NCBI GenBank assembly: GCA_963706575.1
Contig: CAVPNL010000015.1
Location: 224,001 to 288,000, forward strand
DNA length: 64,000 nt
Direction of reading: 5' to 3'
Source of the DNA: an uncultured delta proteobacterium
GTDB taxonomy: Bacteria; Desulfobacterota; Desulfobacteria; Desulfobacterales; JAHEIW01
Part shown: piece after piece, positions 30,198 to 40,228 of the stretch
Layout of the letters: each line of letters starts with the position of its first letter
How positions within the stretch are numbered: the stretch's first letter is position 1
Position numbers and translations under genes: made by a program
Notes under the pieces: model-generated
Told to the model about the DNA's origin: nothing
The model's input: the letters and a program-made list of their open reading frames with translations, nothing else
Database searches by the model: none

Positions 30198-33100
30198 ATG
30201 TCGAAAACAGGCACAGGCGCAGTCATGGTGGTCGGCGGGGGTATCACCGGGATGCAGGCAGCTCTGGATCTTGCCGATTCCGGTTACTACGTCTACCTGG
30301 TGGAAAGCTCGAGCTCCATCGGCGGCATGATGTCGCAGCTGGACAAAACCTTTCCCACCAATGACTGCGCGATGTGAATTATATCGCCTAAACTGGTCGA
30401 GGTCGGCCGGCACATCAACATCGAATTGCTGACGCTCAGCGAGGTGCAGCGCATTGACGGCGAAGAGGGCAATTTTGAAGTCAAATTGACCCAAAACCCT
30501 CGTTACGTCGACATGGAAAAGTGCATCGCCTGCAATGCCTGTGCCGAAAAATGTCCCAAGAAAGTTTCCAACGCCTATGACGGCGGTCTGAGCAAACGCA
30601 AAGCCGTTTACGTGCAGTATGCCCAGGCGGTGCCGCTCAAATATACGATCGATGCCGATACCTGCATCTATTTCCTCAAGGGCAAGTGCAAAGCCTGCGA
30701 AAAATTCTGCCCGACCGGCGCCATCAACTTCGAAGATCAAAAAAAGGACATCACCTTAAATGTGGGTGCCGTGGTTTTATCCGCCGGCAGCCAGGCATTT
30801 GATCCGGCTGTTTACGATACCTACGGCTATTCAAACTCTCCCAATATCGTCACCAGCCTGGAATTTGAGAGAATCCTGTCGGCTTCAGGGCCCTACGGCG
30901 GGCATATGGTCAGACCGTCGGATAAAGCCGAGCCTGAAAAAATTGCCTGGCTGCAGTGCGTGGGCTCCAGGGATACCCATCTCGGCGCCCGCGGATACTG
31001 CTCTGGCGTCTGCTGCACTTATGCCGTCAAAGAGGCCATTTTAGCCAAAGAGCATAGCAGCAATGGCCTGGATACGGCCATCTTTTACATCGATATTCGC
31101 ACCTTCGGCAAAGATTTCGAACGCTATTATAACAAGGCCAAAGACGACCTGGGCGTTCGTTTTGTTAAATCGCGCATTACCCATGTCGAGCCCATGGATG
31201 ACAACAGCAAGCACATCATTCGCTATGTCGATGCGGCCGGCCATAGCCGAGCGGAAGGATTTGATATCGTTGTGCTGTCTGTGGGCCTGGGGGCCCAGGA
31301 TCAGGCTGTTTCCCTGGCCCAAAAGCTGGATGTCGATTTAAACCATTATCAGTTTGCCAAAACCGGCGGATTTGATCCGGTCAAAAGCTCGCGACCCGGC
31401 ATCTATGTTTGCGGTGCCTTCACAGAGCCCAAAGATATTCCCACTTCGGTCATCGATGCCAGTGCCGCCGCCGGCAAGGTCGGAACCCGGCTGGCGGATG
31501 CCAGAGGGACCCTGACAAAAACCAAAGAGCTGCCCCCGGAAATCGATGTCAAGGGCGAACCCCCGCGAATTGGTGTTTTTGTCTGCTGCTGTGGCACCAA
31601 TATCGCCGGATTTGTCGATGTGCCCGCCGTGGTAGAATTTGCCAAAACCCTGCCGAATGTGGTCTACGCCGAGCAAAATCTGTTCAGCTGCTCGCAGGAT
31701 ACTCAGACCCAGATTTCAGCAACCATTAAAGAGCATCGGCTCAACCGGGTGGTGGTGACCGCCTGTACGCCCAAGACCCACGAACCCCTTTTCCAGGAAA
31801 CCCTGATTAACGGGGGGTTGAACAAATATCTTTTCGAGATGGCCAATATCCGCAACCAGTGCTCGTGGGTGCACAAAGACGACATGAACAAAGCCACCGA
31901 GAAGTCCAAAGATCTGCTGCAGATGGCGGTGGCCAAGGTCGCACTGCATGAGCCCCTGGTGGAGCCCCGGATGGAAATCAATCAGGCCGCGCTGGTCATC
32001 GGCGGCGGCGTTGCCGGCATGACCGCCGCCCAGACCCTGGCTGCTCAGGGATATAAAACCTTCCTGGTTGAAAAAAATGAGCGCCTGGGCGGCCAGGCCC
32101 TGAGTCTCAGTGAAACCTGGCAGTCGGAAGCGGTGGGGCCGTTTCTGGATCATTTGATCGCGGAGGTCACATCCAATGAAAATATCGAGGTATTTTTAAA
32201 TACCGGCGTCGCCGGCGCCGATGGATTTATCGGAAATTTTAAAACCAGCATCCAGTCCAACGGTGACAGTCAAGTTCTGGAACACGGCGTTACCCTGATC
32301 GCTTCAGGCGCCGAAGAATTTAAAACAGAGGATTACTTGTATGGCCAGGATCAGCGGGTGCTCACCGGCCTGCAGCTCCAGAAAAAGATTTTAAACGCAA
32401 ACGGGTTTGACTCCTGCCGCACAGCCGTATTTATCCAGTGTGTGGGTTCGCGCACTCCTGAACGCCCTTACTGTTCGAAGGTTTGCTGCACGCAGTCCAT
32501 TAAAAGCGCCTTGAGCCTTAAAGCCAAAAATCCCGCTATGGATATTTTCGTATTGTACCGGGATCTACGGTCTTATGGTTTCAGAGAGGACCTTTATCGC
32601 CAGGCGCGCGACCAGGGGATCAAATTCATCCGCTATGATAACGAAAAGGAGCTCGCCGTCCGCTCAGCTGAAAACAGCCTGGAAATTACGTTTTCGGATC
32701 GGGTGCTCAGGCGGCAAATGCTGATTAGCGGTGATCTTCTGGTTCTGGCCAGCGCGGTGGTGCCCGAAAAAAGCAACCCCCTGGCGCAGATGTACAAGGT
32801 GTCTCAAAATGACGACGGTTTTTTTGTCGAAGCGCACGTCAAACTGCGGCCCAATGATTTTGCCACCGACGGTGTGTTCGTCTGCGGCCTGGCGCATGCG
32901 CCCAAACCCATCGAGGAATCCATTTCCCAGGCCCAGGCGGCCGCATCCCGGGCGGTGACGGTTTTATCAGCGCTGGAGGTTTCGGTCAGCGGCACGGTGG
33001 CGGTGGTGGATCCGAACTGCTGCAGCAGCTGCGGTGTCTGCGTGGAGATTTGTCCCTATTCGGCGCCTCAATTCATCGCGAACACCGGCAAGGCCGAAAT

Positions 33101-33251
33101 TCAGGCCACCCTGTGCAAGGGTTGCGGGCTGTGCGTGGCCTCCTGCCGGTCAGGAGCCATTCATCTGAAAGGCTTCGACACCGGTCAGATTATGGCTCAG
33201 CTCAAAACGTGCTTGCTCGATGCAGCGCCGGCAGAGACGACTTTTAGTTGA
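30198..33251 (+). CDS. hdrA: Large two-FAD-module HdrA, selenoprotein (Sec at codon 60)
   Basis: ATG 30198 gives [23 protein letters not shown](30375-30377)-IISPKL, in frame with the 30426 ORF; two GGG FAD motifs, two QCVGSR..YCS.VCC motifs, ferredoxin motifs. Confidence 0.9.
30375..30410 (+). promoter_or_regulatory. UGA Sec codon and bacterial SECIS hairpin
   Basis: Hairpin CTGGTCG-AGGT-CGGCCGG (30393-30410); G-containing apical loop starts about 23 nt after TGA. Confidence 0.8.
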
Positions 33252-33271
33252 TTCTGTATTTCTATTTTAAG

Positions 33272-33383
33272 AGGTTTCAGGTGTCAGGGTTATTGGAATT
33301 GTTCGATTGGTTTTATTGGTCTTATTGGTTAAATTGGTTGAGTTTAGCCGAACCAATTGAACTAATTAAACCAATTAAACAAA
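33272..33383. repeat. Inverted array of 9-mer repeats (TTATTGGTT / AACCAATTA), preceded by GGTTTCAGGTGTCAGG
   Basis: ATTGGTTTTATTGGTCTTATTGGTTAAATTGGTT...AACCAATTGAACTAATTAAACCAATTAAAC between hdrA and the FrhB-like gene. Confidence 0.75.
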
Positions 33384-33455
33384 TGTAACCGTTACCAACT
33401 GGCTGGCACCTATAAAAAATAAAATATCGCAAATAATGTGAAGGTGGTTGAACAC

Positions 33456-34577
33456 ATGAAGACCTTTACCGACTTAATTAATGAAGTTCAGAAGCCGGGG
33501 CTTTGCCATCGCTGCGGTGGATGCGTGACCTTTTGCACTGCCATTAATTACGGCGCCCTGGAGCTGGATGCCGAGGGCAAACCGCGCTATGCCGATGAGG
33601 CCAAATGTATCGAATGCGGCTTGTGCCATACCATCTGCCCGGAAATCGACGAGCTGGATGCAGAAACCCGCAAAAGCGCAGGGTGGACTCCGCCCATCGG
33701 GCGCGTGATGGAAACCAGCATTGCCCGGGCCACCGATCCCAACATCCGCAACAAGGCCACCGACGGCGGTGTGGTGACGGCACTGCTGGTGCATCTGTTT
33801 AGACGCGGCCGCATTGACGGCGCCATTGTCTCCAAACCGGCCGGCCCCTTCCAACGGGTGCCATTTCTGGCTGAGACTGAAAAAGATATTTTAGATGCCG
33901 CCGGGTTTTCCTTCGACACCTCCCATGGCATGACCAGCTTCAGCGATTATTATTTAACGTACTCCCAGATCAAAGAATTCGACCCCTTGATTAAAAAAGG
34001 GTTGCAGCGCGTGGCCTTTGTGGGCACCCCCTGCCAGATCAAAGCCGTGCGCCGCATGCAGTCCCTGGGCATCATTCCGTCGGATTCGATAAAATTCTGC
34101 CTGGGGCTGTTCTGTTCGGGTAATTTCGTTTTCGGCAAAAAGGAACAGGAAAAACTGGGTGAAATCGGCGGATTCAAATTTAAAGATGTCAAAAAAATAA
34201 ACATTAAAGAAGAGCTGATTGTACATTTGAAGGACGGCGAAGAAAAAACCATGATGCTCGATGAGCTCGAGTTCATGAAACGCTTTGCCTGTTACTTCTG
34301 CCCGGATTATTCCGCCGAGTACGCCGATGTATCCTTCGGCGGCATCGGCTCCCAAGAAGGCTGGACCACTGTTATTACCCGCACCCCTGTCGGCCGCGCG
34401 ATTTTTGCCGACGCCAAAACCAGCGCCATCGAAGAACACCGACCGGACAATTTTCCAAAACTGGCAGCCCGGGTACTCAAAAAAGTGCAGACCTGGTCGG
34501 CCCGCAAAAAAAAGGTGGCCGCTCAAAACCGCAAAGTGCTCAACCGGAAATTTCCCGGTATCAAGAAAGATTCTTGA
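33456..34577 (+). CDS. FrhB/FdhB-family (F420-dependent oxidoreductase beta subunit-like) protein with 2x[4Fe-4S]
   Basis: CHRCGGCVTFC, CIECGLCHTICP, ATDGGVVTALL, FVGTPCQI, GLFC, CYFCPDYSAEYADVSFG..GWTTVITRT. Confidence 0.88.
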   Translation: MKTFTDLINEVQKPGLCHRCGGCVTFCTAINYGALELDAEGKPRYADEAKCIECGLCHTICPEIDELDAETRKSAGWTPPIGRVMETSIARATDPNIRNKATDGGVVTALLVHLFRRGRIDGAIVSKPAGPFQRVPFLAETEKDILDAAGFSFDTSHGMTSFSDYYLTYSQIKEFDPLIKKGLQRVAFVGTPCQIKAVRRMQSLGIIPSDSIKFCLGLFCSGNFVFGKKEQEKLGEIGGFKFKDVKKINIKEELIVHLKDGEEKTMMLDELEFMKRFACYFCPDYSAEYADVSFGGIGSQEGWTTVITRTPVGRAIFADAKTSAIEEHRPDNFPKLAARVLKKVQTWSARKKKVAAQNRKVLNRKFPGIKKDS

Positions 34578-34696
34578 CTTTCCCCGGTATGAATTTTACT
34601 GATATTCTGCCAAGAAACGGAACACGGACAAATCCCCATTTAAAAAACTGGTAAATACGCGAATAACGACCTCACATCACTCCGAAAGGTTGTCCG

Positions 34697-36604
34697 ATGG
34701 CCGAGTATGTTGCCGCTGCACTGTTTGTCTATACCGACGATACGAAATATCTGATCGATCCGGTGCAAAACAATTCAGCTCGCACCCGCATCACCGCTGT
34801 TGCCTTTGAGGCCTTCATGCAAACACCGCAGGCACAGCTGGAGGGGATTGATCATGTGGTGGTTGCAGGATCTCTTGAAGTGATCAAGGAGATTTTGCGT
34901 CTGTCCATGAACTACCATTTCAGCATTGGCATCATCCCCACCGAAAAACAAAAAGATTTAATCAAGTTTTACGACCTGCCCAAAAATCCGACCGATGCCG
35001 CCGAACTGGCGTTGCGCTTGGATGGCCAGGTCATAGATTTAATATTGTGCAATGGAAAGATCATGTTGTTCAAGGCCACCGTTGGCCGGATCCCGCTTTT
35101 AGATACCCCCGCTAAAGCCAGCTGGATTCGGGTATTGGCTGACGCTTTGAGAAAATTTGTCGGGTTTAAACTTTACACGTTTAAATTCAGTACCGCCGGC
35201 AAACAAAAAATAAATACCGCCGCAAGCGGGTGTATGATCCTTCAGCACAGCAGGGGAAGCTTTGCCTCCAGATTAATGTCTCATGATCATTCCTTTTCGG
35301 ATGGAATGATTTCAATGGTCATTTCTGCTCCCATCTCAATTATTGCCTATGTTAAGTTGCTGTGGCAGGCCCTCAGATCTTCTAAAGGATATAAAAAACT
35401 TCCCAGCTCCATCGGATACATCAAAAGCCCTCAGATTGATATAGAGCCAGAAACTCTGTTCGATGTCCTCATCGATGACGAAGATACCACACATACGCCG
35501 CTGCATTGCGAAACCATACTCAAAGCGGTGCGCGTCAATGTCGGGAAAAGTTTACAGGATGAAGGCGTGGGCGCTGCGGGTGCCGGAGAAATAATTGACA
35601 TCGACAATCTCCCACGAGAAAATGAACTTCTCAAAGCCAAGCGACATAAGAGAATCCCTTTTTTCTCCTACGCCTCCGAAGAGCGTTTCCAGGATCTGTT
35701 CCCGGCGCTGCGCGAAGATGCAAGAATCAACAGTATCTATCTGGTTCTAATGGTGCTCAGCACCATGCTGGCTGCAGTCGGGCTTTATTTAAACAGCGCC
35801 TCTGTGATCATTGGCGCCATGTTACTGGCGCCTCTGATGACACCCATCGTTTCTCTGGCCATGGGCATACTTCGAGGCAATATCGATCTTTTTAAAAACT
35901 CGATCGGGAAAATCGTGATTGGCATTATTATCGCTTTGCTTTCATCCGCACTGATTACGTTTTTGTTTCCCGATAAACCCATTACGGAAGAAATGCTGGC
36001 CCGGCTGAATCCGACTTTGCTGGATCTTGGCGTAGCCATTATTTCGGGGATCGCCGCGGCATACTCCAAGTCGTTCAAAGAGATTATTCAGAGCCTGGCC
36101 GGCGTGGCGATTGCCGTAGCATTGGTGCCGCCCCTGGCGGTTGCCGGAATCGGCATCGGACGATGGGATTTCCATTTCTTTTACCAGGCCTACCTGCTCT
36201 TTTCGACCAATCTGGTCGGCATAATTATCGCTGCCATATTTACCTTCCGGGTGCTGGGTTATTCTGCGGTGGTACGCAGCAAGCGCAGTCTTGCGGTCGT
36301 ATTTATCTTCCTGATGCTGATTTCGATTCCGCTCTATTTGTCCTACTCCCGCATCGTGGAAGATCGGGTATTCGAAAAAAGCTGGCAGAATGAACGCTTT
36401 TTGGTCAATGAAAAATATCTTATCATTCGAAATGCATCCATATTCCGGCGCGGAGATAAGCGCATAATCCTAATGGACGTATTGGCTCGTGAGCCGCTTA
36501 ACCGCAGAGACCTAAATGCGTTTAAAAAGAAAATTCAAGCCAATTTTAGCCAAGAAACTGATCATTCGAATCAATACGTTTTACATCCCGTAAGGTTGCC
36601 ATGA
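34697..36604 (+). CDS. DUF389 (TIGR00341-like) membrane protein with N-terminal DAG-kinase-like domain
   Basis: LNSASVIIGAMLLAPLMTPI, RLNPTLLDL, LAGVAIAVALVPPL; probable indel near 36550 (the other frame ends KKLIIRINTFYIP, TAA 36593). Confidence 0.8.
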   Translation: MAEYVAAALFVYTDDTKYLIDPVQNNSARTRITAVAFEAFMQTPQAQLEGIDHVVVAGSLEVIKEILRLSMNYHFSIGIIPTEKQKDLIKFYDLPKNPTDAAELALRLDGQVIDLILCNGKIMLFKATVGRIPLLDTPAKASWIRVLADALRKFVGFKLYTFKFSTAGKQKINTAASGCMILQHSRGSFASRLMSHDHSFSDGMISMVISAPISIIAYVKLLWQALRSSKGYKKLPSSIGYIKSPQIDIEPETLFDVLIDDEDTTHTPLHCETILKAVRVNVGKSLQDEGVGAAGAGEIIDIDNLPRENELLKAKRHKRIPFFSYASEERFQDLFPALREDARINSIYLVLMVLSTMLAAVGLYLNSASVIIGAMLLAPLMTPIVSLAMGILRGNIDLFKNSIGKIVIGIIIALLSSALITFLFPDKPITEEMLARLNPTLLDLGVAIISGIAAAYSKSFKEIIQSLAGVAIAVALVPPLAVAGIGIGRWDFHFFYQAYLLFSTNLVGIIIAAIFTFRVLGYSAVVRSKRSLAVVFIFLMLISIPLYLSYSRIVEDRVFEKSWQNERFLVNEKYLIIRNASIFRRGDKRIILMDVLAREPLNRRDLNAFKKKIQANFSQETDHSNQYVLHPVRLP

Positions 36605-37765
36605 AAAATTTAATCCATCTTTCAATCCTCATTTCCTTTGTCTTCTGGCTGGGCGGATGCGACCAGAAACCGTCAATAGAGCCTTCCGGCAAAACCATAA
36701 AGATCGGCATCATTGCACCGCTCAGCGGCCCCGACCATATCAAAGGCAAGGAAGGTCTGAGAGGGATGCAATTCGCAATGCAATTGCAGCCTTATCTTCA
36801 AAATGGCGACCGCATCGAGTTGGTTGCGGAAGACGACAGGAACGATCCTGCTTTGACAGTCCAATTGCTGAAAAAATTGGTCGAAAAAGATAAGGTATCG
36901 GCAATCATTACGTTTTCAACCAGCGATCCGGTTTTGGCCATGGCAAAAGTTGCCGATGACTATAAAACACCCATTCTGGCGGCCATCGCCACCCATCCGG
37001 ATATCACCACGCACAATGGTTTTATCAGTCAGCTTTGTTTCGACGACCATTTTCAGGGGACCACTGCGGCGCTGTTTGTCAGAGACGAACTGCTCATCGA
37101 CAAAGTGGCCGTATTCATCAACCCGGACAGCGCTTATTCCAGAGATCTGGCTGCTAAATTTGAAAGTAAGTTCAAATCCATCGGTGGTGAGATTACAGAT
37201 ACGATACGTTTAGCAGAAGAAACCGCTGACTTATCCGAAAGAGATTAAAAGGGTGCACGATCAATGCCCCGGAACTGCTTTATCTTCCAATAGGCGCAAA
37301 AGATGTGCTCCGCATTATCAGGGAAGTTCGGGAACTGAGCTGGAAGCCCCAAATGATGGGAAGCGATGGATTAATATCAACCATGCTCACACAGCATAAA
37401 GAAGAATTACACCTTGTACGACGGCATGCTGTGCGATTGATTTTTTCGCCCACGGAATGCCTTTAACTCCTTTCGGCGAAAAGGTAAGAGATGCGTATCA
37501 CGATAAGTATAAAGGTAAACATCGGGCCGCATCAACCTCATATTCGGCTACTCGGCGTTGAAGGATATGCCCTGTTGCTCGACGCAATGAACCGATGCAA
37601 CGATCCCGCAGACCGGGAATGCCTCAACCAGCAGATCCGTTCAACGATAATTTTACAGGTCTTGCGGGTAACATTACCATCGGACCGGACGGTAAGGCCC
37701 AGCGCCCGCTTTGCATCAACTCCATTCAGAACGGCCTGTCGGAATTTATCGTCAAAGTTTATTAA
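36601..37765 (+). pseudogene. LivJ/LivK-type ABC substrate-binding lipoprotein, multiply frameshifted
   Basis: LGGC lipobox, IKIGIIAPLSG; homologous-looking segments continue in other frames (PELLYLPI, MMGSDG, LLLDAMNR, FTGLAGNITIGPDG..IVKVY-TAA 37765). Confidence 0.75.
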
Positions 37766-37854
37766 TCCTCATGACAAACAAATCCGTATAATTAAGATTA
37801 CCCCCCAAGGGGCTGGATCCTACAAAAAGCCTGCCGAACCGGCCGGTGTTGGAC

Positions 37855-38964
37855 TCACCGCCCGGCAGCTGGGCTCCTGTCAAGATCGGTCTCCAACTCA
37901 TTGACAGCAACTTTTTTCTTTACCAGGCTGTTCCAGAGAAAAATGGCATAGAGCAAAGGAACATGGTCCCGGATCGAATCGGGGATAAGCTGCGACAAAT
38001 CAGACTTTTTGTTTTCTTTCAAACCGCCGGCAGCATCCGAGTCATTGCGACAGGGAGCATTCGTCACTTCCATTGCGGCGGGCCCATCATGAATGCTGTC
38101 TTTGCGGTCGATCAATTTGAGCTCGCCAACATGGCGGTATATGCCGGCCGGCGGTACCCGGGATACGATGTCGTCTCCGTTAACCACTCGATAAGCCCGC
38201 AATTTGAAATTTTCTTGAAACTTTTGATCTCCCACCCGGGGTGAACCAAAGGTATACAGCCCTTGAACATGCTGGAATCGATCTGCAGCAAGGGTTGCAA
38301 GGGCTGCTCCCAGGCTGTGGCCGGTAAACCATATTTTGCAGCCCTCATCCTTCAGGTTTTTCATGTAGGGGAAAATGTCGGCCCAGACTTCTTCCAATGC
38401 GTCTCGGAAACCACGGTGGACTCTGCCGCCCCGGACCCAATCCGATAGCCGAATATCGAAATCGGTTGTCCAGTCGGCAACTGTCTGCCAGGGATCGAAA
38501 CGCTCGTTCAGCTTCCAGCCCTCACTGCCACGGAATGCAACAATAGCGAATTGACCGTTGCTGGCGATGAAGCATTGGGTGCTGAGCTTGCTGAAAAATC
38601 TTAAACGCTTCAGTCCGGCCGCGCTGAATCGTTGTCTGACGTATGCTTCGTCGGCATAAACGAGTGTAGAGGCTTCGGCCAGCCACCAGGCGTTAATCAA
38701 GCTGAATGACGCTGATCGGTGCTGAAAAGGAAAAAACTCATGATTTTGGAAATAGGCGTAATCCCTGTAAGGCGGTGAAAGGTTTTTAAACGTAATCTCA
38801 GGGATTTCTTTTTTGCAAACTTGTGCGGGTTCCGAGGCCCAGCTAAGGGGTGAAAAAGATATGAGCCCGGCAGCCATTAGAATGCCAAGTGATTTGAGTC
38901 TGCGATGAGCAAGATTCATAATGGATTCTTCAACCGCTGACAGCCCGGTATGCCTCACCTTCAT
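37855..38964 (-). CDS. Class 3 lipase family protein
   Basis: IVAFRGSE, VHRGF, TGHSLGAALA, YTFGSPRVG, DIVSRVP. Confidence 0.9.
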   Translation of the reverse strand: MKVRHTGLSAVEESIMNLAHRRLKSLGILMAAGLISFSPLSWASEPAQVCKKEIPEITFKNLSPPYRDYAYFQNHEFFPFQHRSASFSLINAWWLAEASTLVYADEAYVRQRFSAAGLKRLRFFSKLSTQCFIASNGQFAIVAFRGSEGWKLNERFDPWQTVADWTTDFDIRLSDWVRGGRVHRGFRDALEEVWADIFPYMKNLKDEGCKIWFTGHSLGAALATLAADRFQHVQGLYTFGSPRVGDQKFQENFKLRAYRVVNGDDIVSRVPPAGIYRHVGELKLIDRKDSIHDGPAAMEVTNAPCRNDSDAAGGLKENKKSDLSQLIPDSIRDHVPLLYAIFLWNSLVKKKVAVNELETDLDRSPAAGR

Positions 38965-38970
38965 TCCGGG

Positions 38971-39964
38971 CTATTGCATCAGCTCAACTTCCTTGAAATA
39001 TTTTATGGCGCCGGAGTGAAACGGGGCGGTAAGCCCTTTGAGCATGTCTTGCTTTGCCAAATCCCCAAGGGCCGGATGCTGTCTTTTGAATTCCGCGAAA
39101 TTATCAAATACTTCTTTGGTGACGGTGTAAACAATGTTGTCCGGCACTTTGGAGGAGGTGCACAGGGTGGCGATGAGCGCCGAATGTTTTTACCTCTGCC
39201 GGATTTTCTGCGCCCGGATAAAATTTTGCGACCGGAACCGTCGTCTTGGTGTAATAGTTTTGATCAGCGACCAGCTGGTCGATGCCGGGGCCGGTAATCG
39301 GGATGAAACGGACCTTGCGCTCGCCTGCAGTTGCATATTGGAGAGTCTCGCTCGGATGCCCCACGGTGCAAAAAAACGCGTCGATGCGTTTATCCTGTAG
39401 CAGGACCGGCGCCTCGGCGGCTTTTACTTTTTCCGCATCGATATCCTTCCGCGGGTGGAGACCTACGGCTTGCAGGGCATCGATGGCATTCTGGTACTGG
39501 CCGGAGCCCGGGTTGCCCAGGTTAACCCTTTTTCCCCGCAGATCGGCTATGGTTTTTATGCCGGCGTCAACTGCGGCCACCAGGCACACCGATTCATGGT
39601 GGATACTGAATACGGCACGCAGTTCCTCCTGGGGGCCTTTTTTCTTCCACTCGGACAATCCCTTGACCGCCTGATATTGTATGTCGGATTGCGCCAGGCC
39701 GAACTCAAGATACCCGGCCGTGATCGCATTCAGGTTAAACACCGATCCGCGGGTGGATTCAACTGTCGCGCGGATTCCGTATGCGTTGCGCCTGTTGTTG
39801 ATCATCTTGGCAATGGTCAACCCGGTTGGAAAATAGACACCGGTGAAATCGCCGGATCCAATGGTGACAAATACGGTTTCAGCCTGAAGCTCAGCCGGAC
39901 CGGCATGGAAAATGAAGCCGGCGACGAGACAGGCGATAAAGGGGATAATCATCTTTTTCTTCAT
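38971..39964 (-). pseudogene. TAXI-family TRAP solute receptor with one frameshift near 39180
   Basis: GSGDFTGVYF, STRGSVFN, AQSD, GNPGSG; C-terminus continues in another frame (IATLCTS..PDNIVYTVTKEVFDNF..HPAL..PFHSGAIKYFKE, TAG 38971). Confidence 0.8.
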
Positions 39965-40228
39965 GAAAACCTCTTTTTCATTCTGTTTAATCCGGTATCA
40001 TGATGTGTCGTTTGACGACAGGCGCAATCGGAACTCGTTTTCAAACCAAACAGACCCTGGCAACAGTCATCTGTGAGCATGCTGAAGCTGTTCAATTGAA
40101 AATAGAACCAGTGCTTCCAAAAGTATGTCTTTGGTGATTATTTGCCATCATTCGGCCTTGCCACTGTCGCAAGTCATCATCTTGCGAGTAGAATTACGTT
40201 ACGCTTAAAATAAGTTTAGGTAGGCCCC

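Noticed and set aside
30198..30425. hdrA as a nonsense pseudogene or split gene
   Set aside because: The TGA falls at a conserved Cys position and is followed by a SECIS-like hairpin; Sec recoding fits better
33404..33419. sigma54 promoter before the FrhB-like gene (TGGCACC)
   Set aside because: No GC at the -12 position
37491..37904. Independent 137-aa gene
   Set aside because: Contains a fragment of the frameshifted ABC substrate-binding gene
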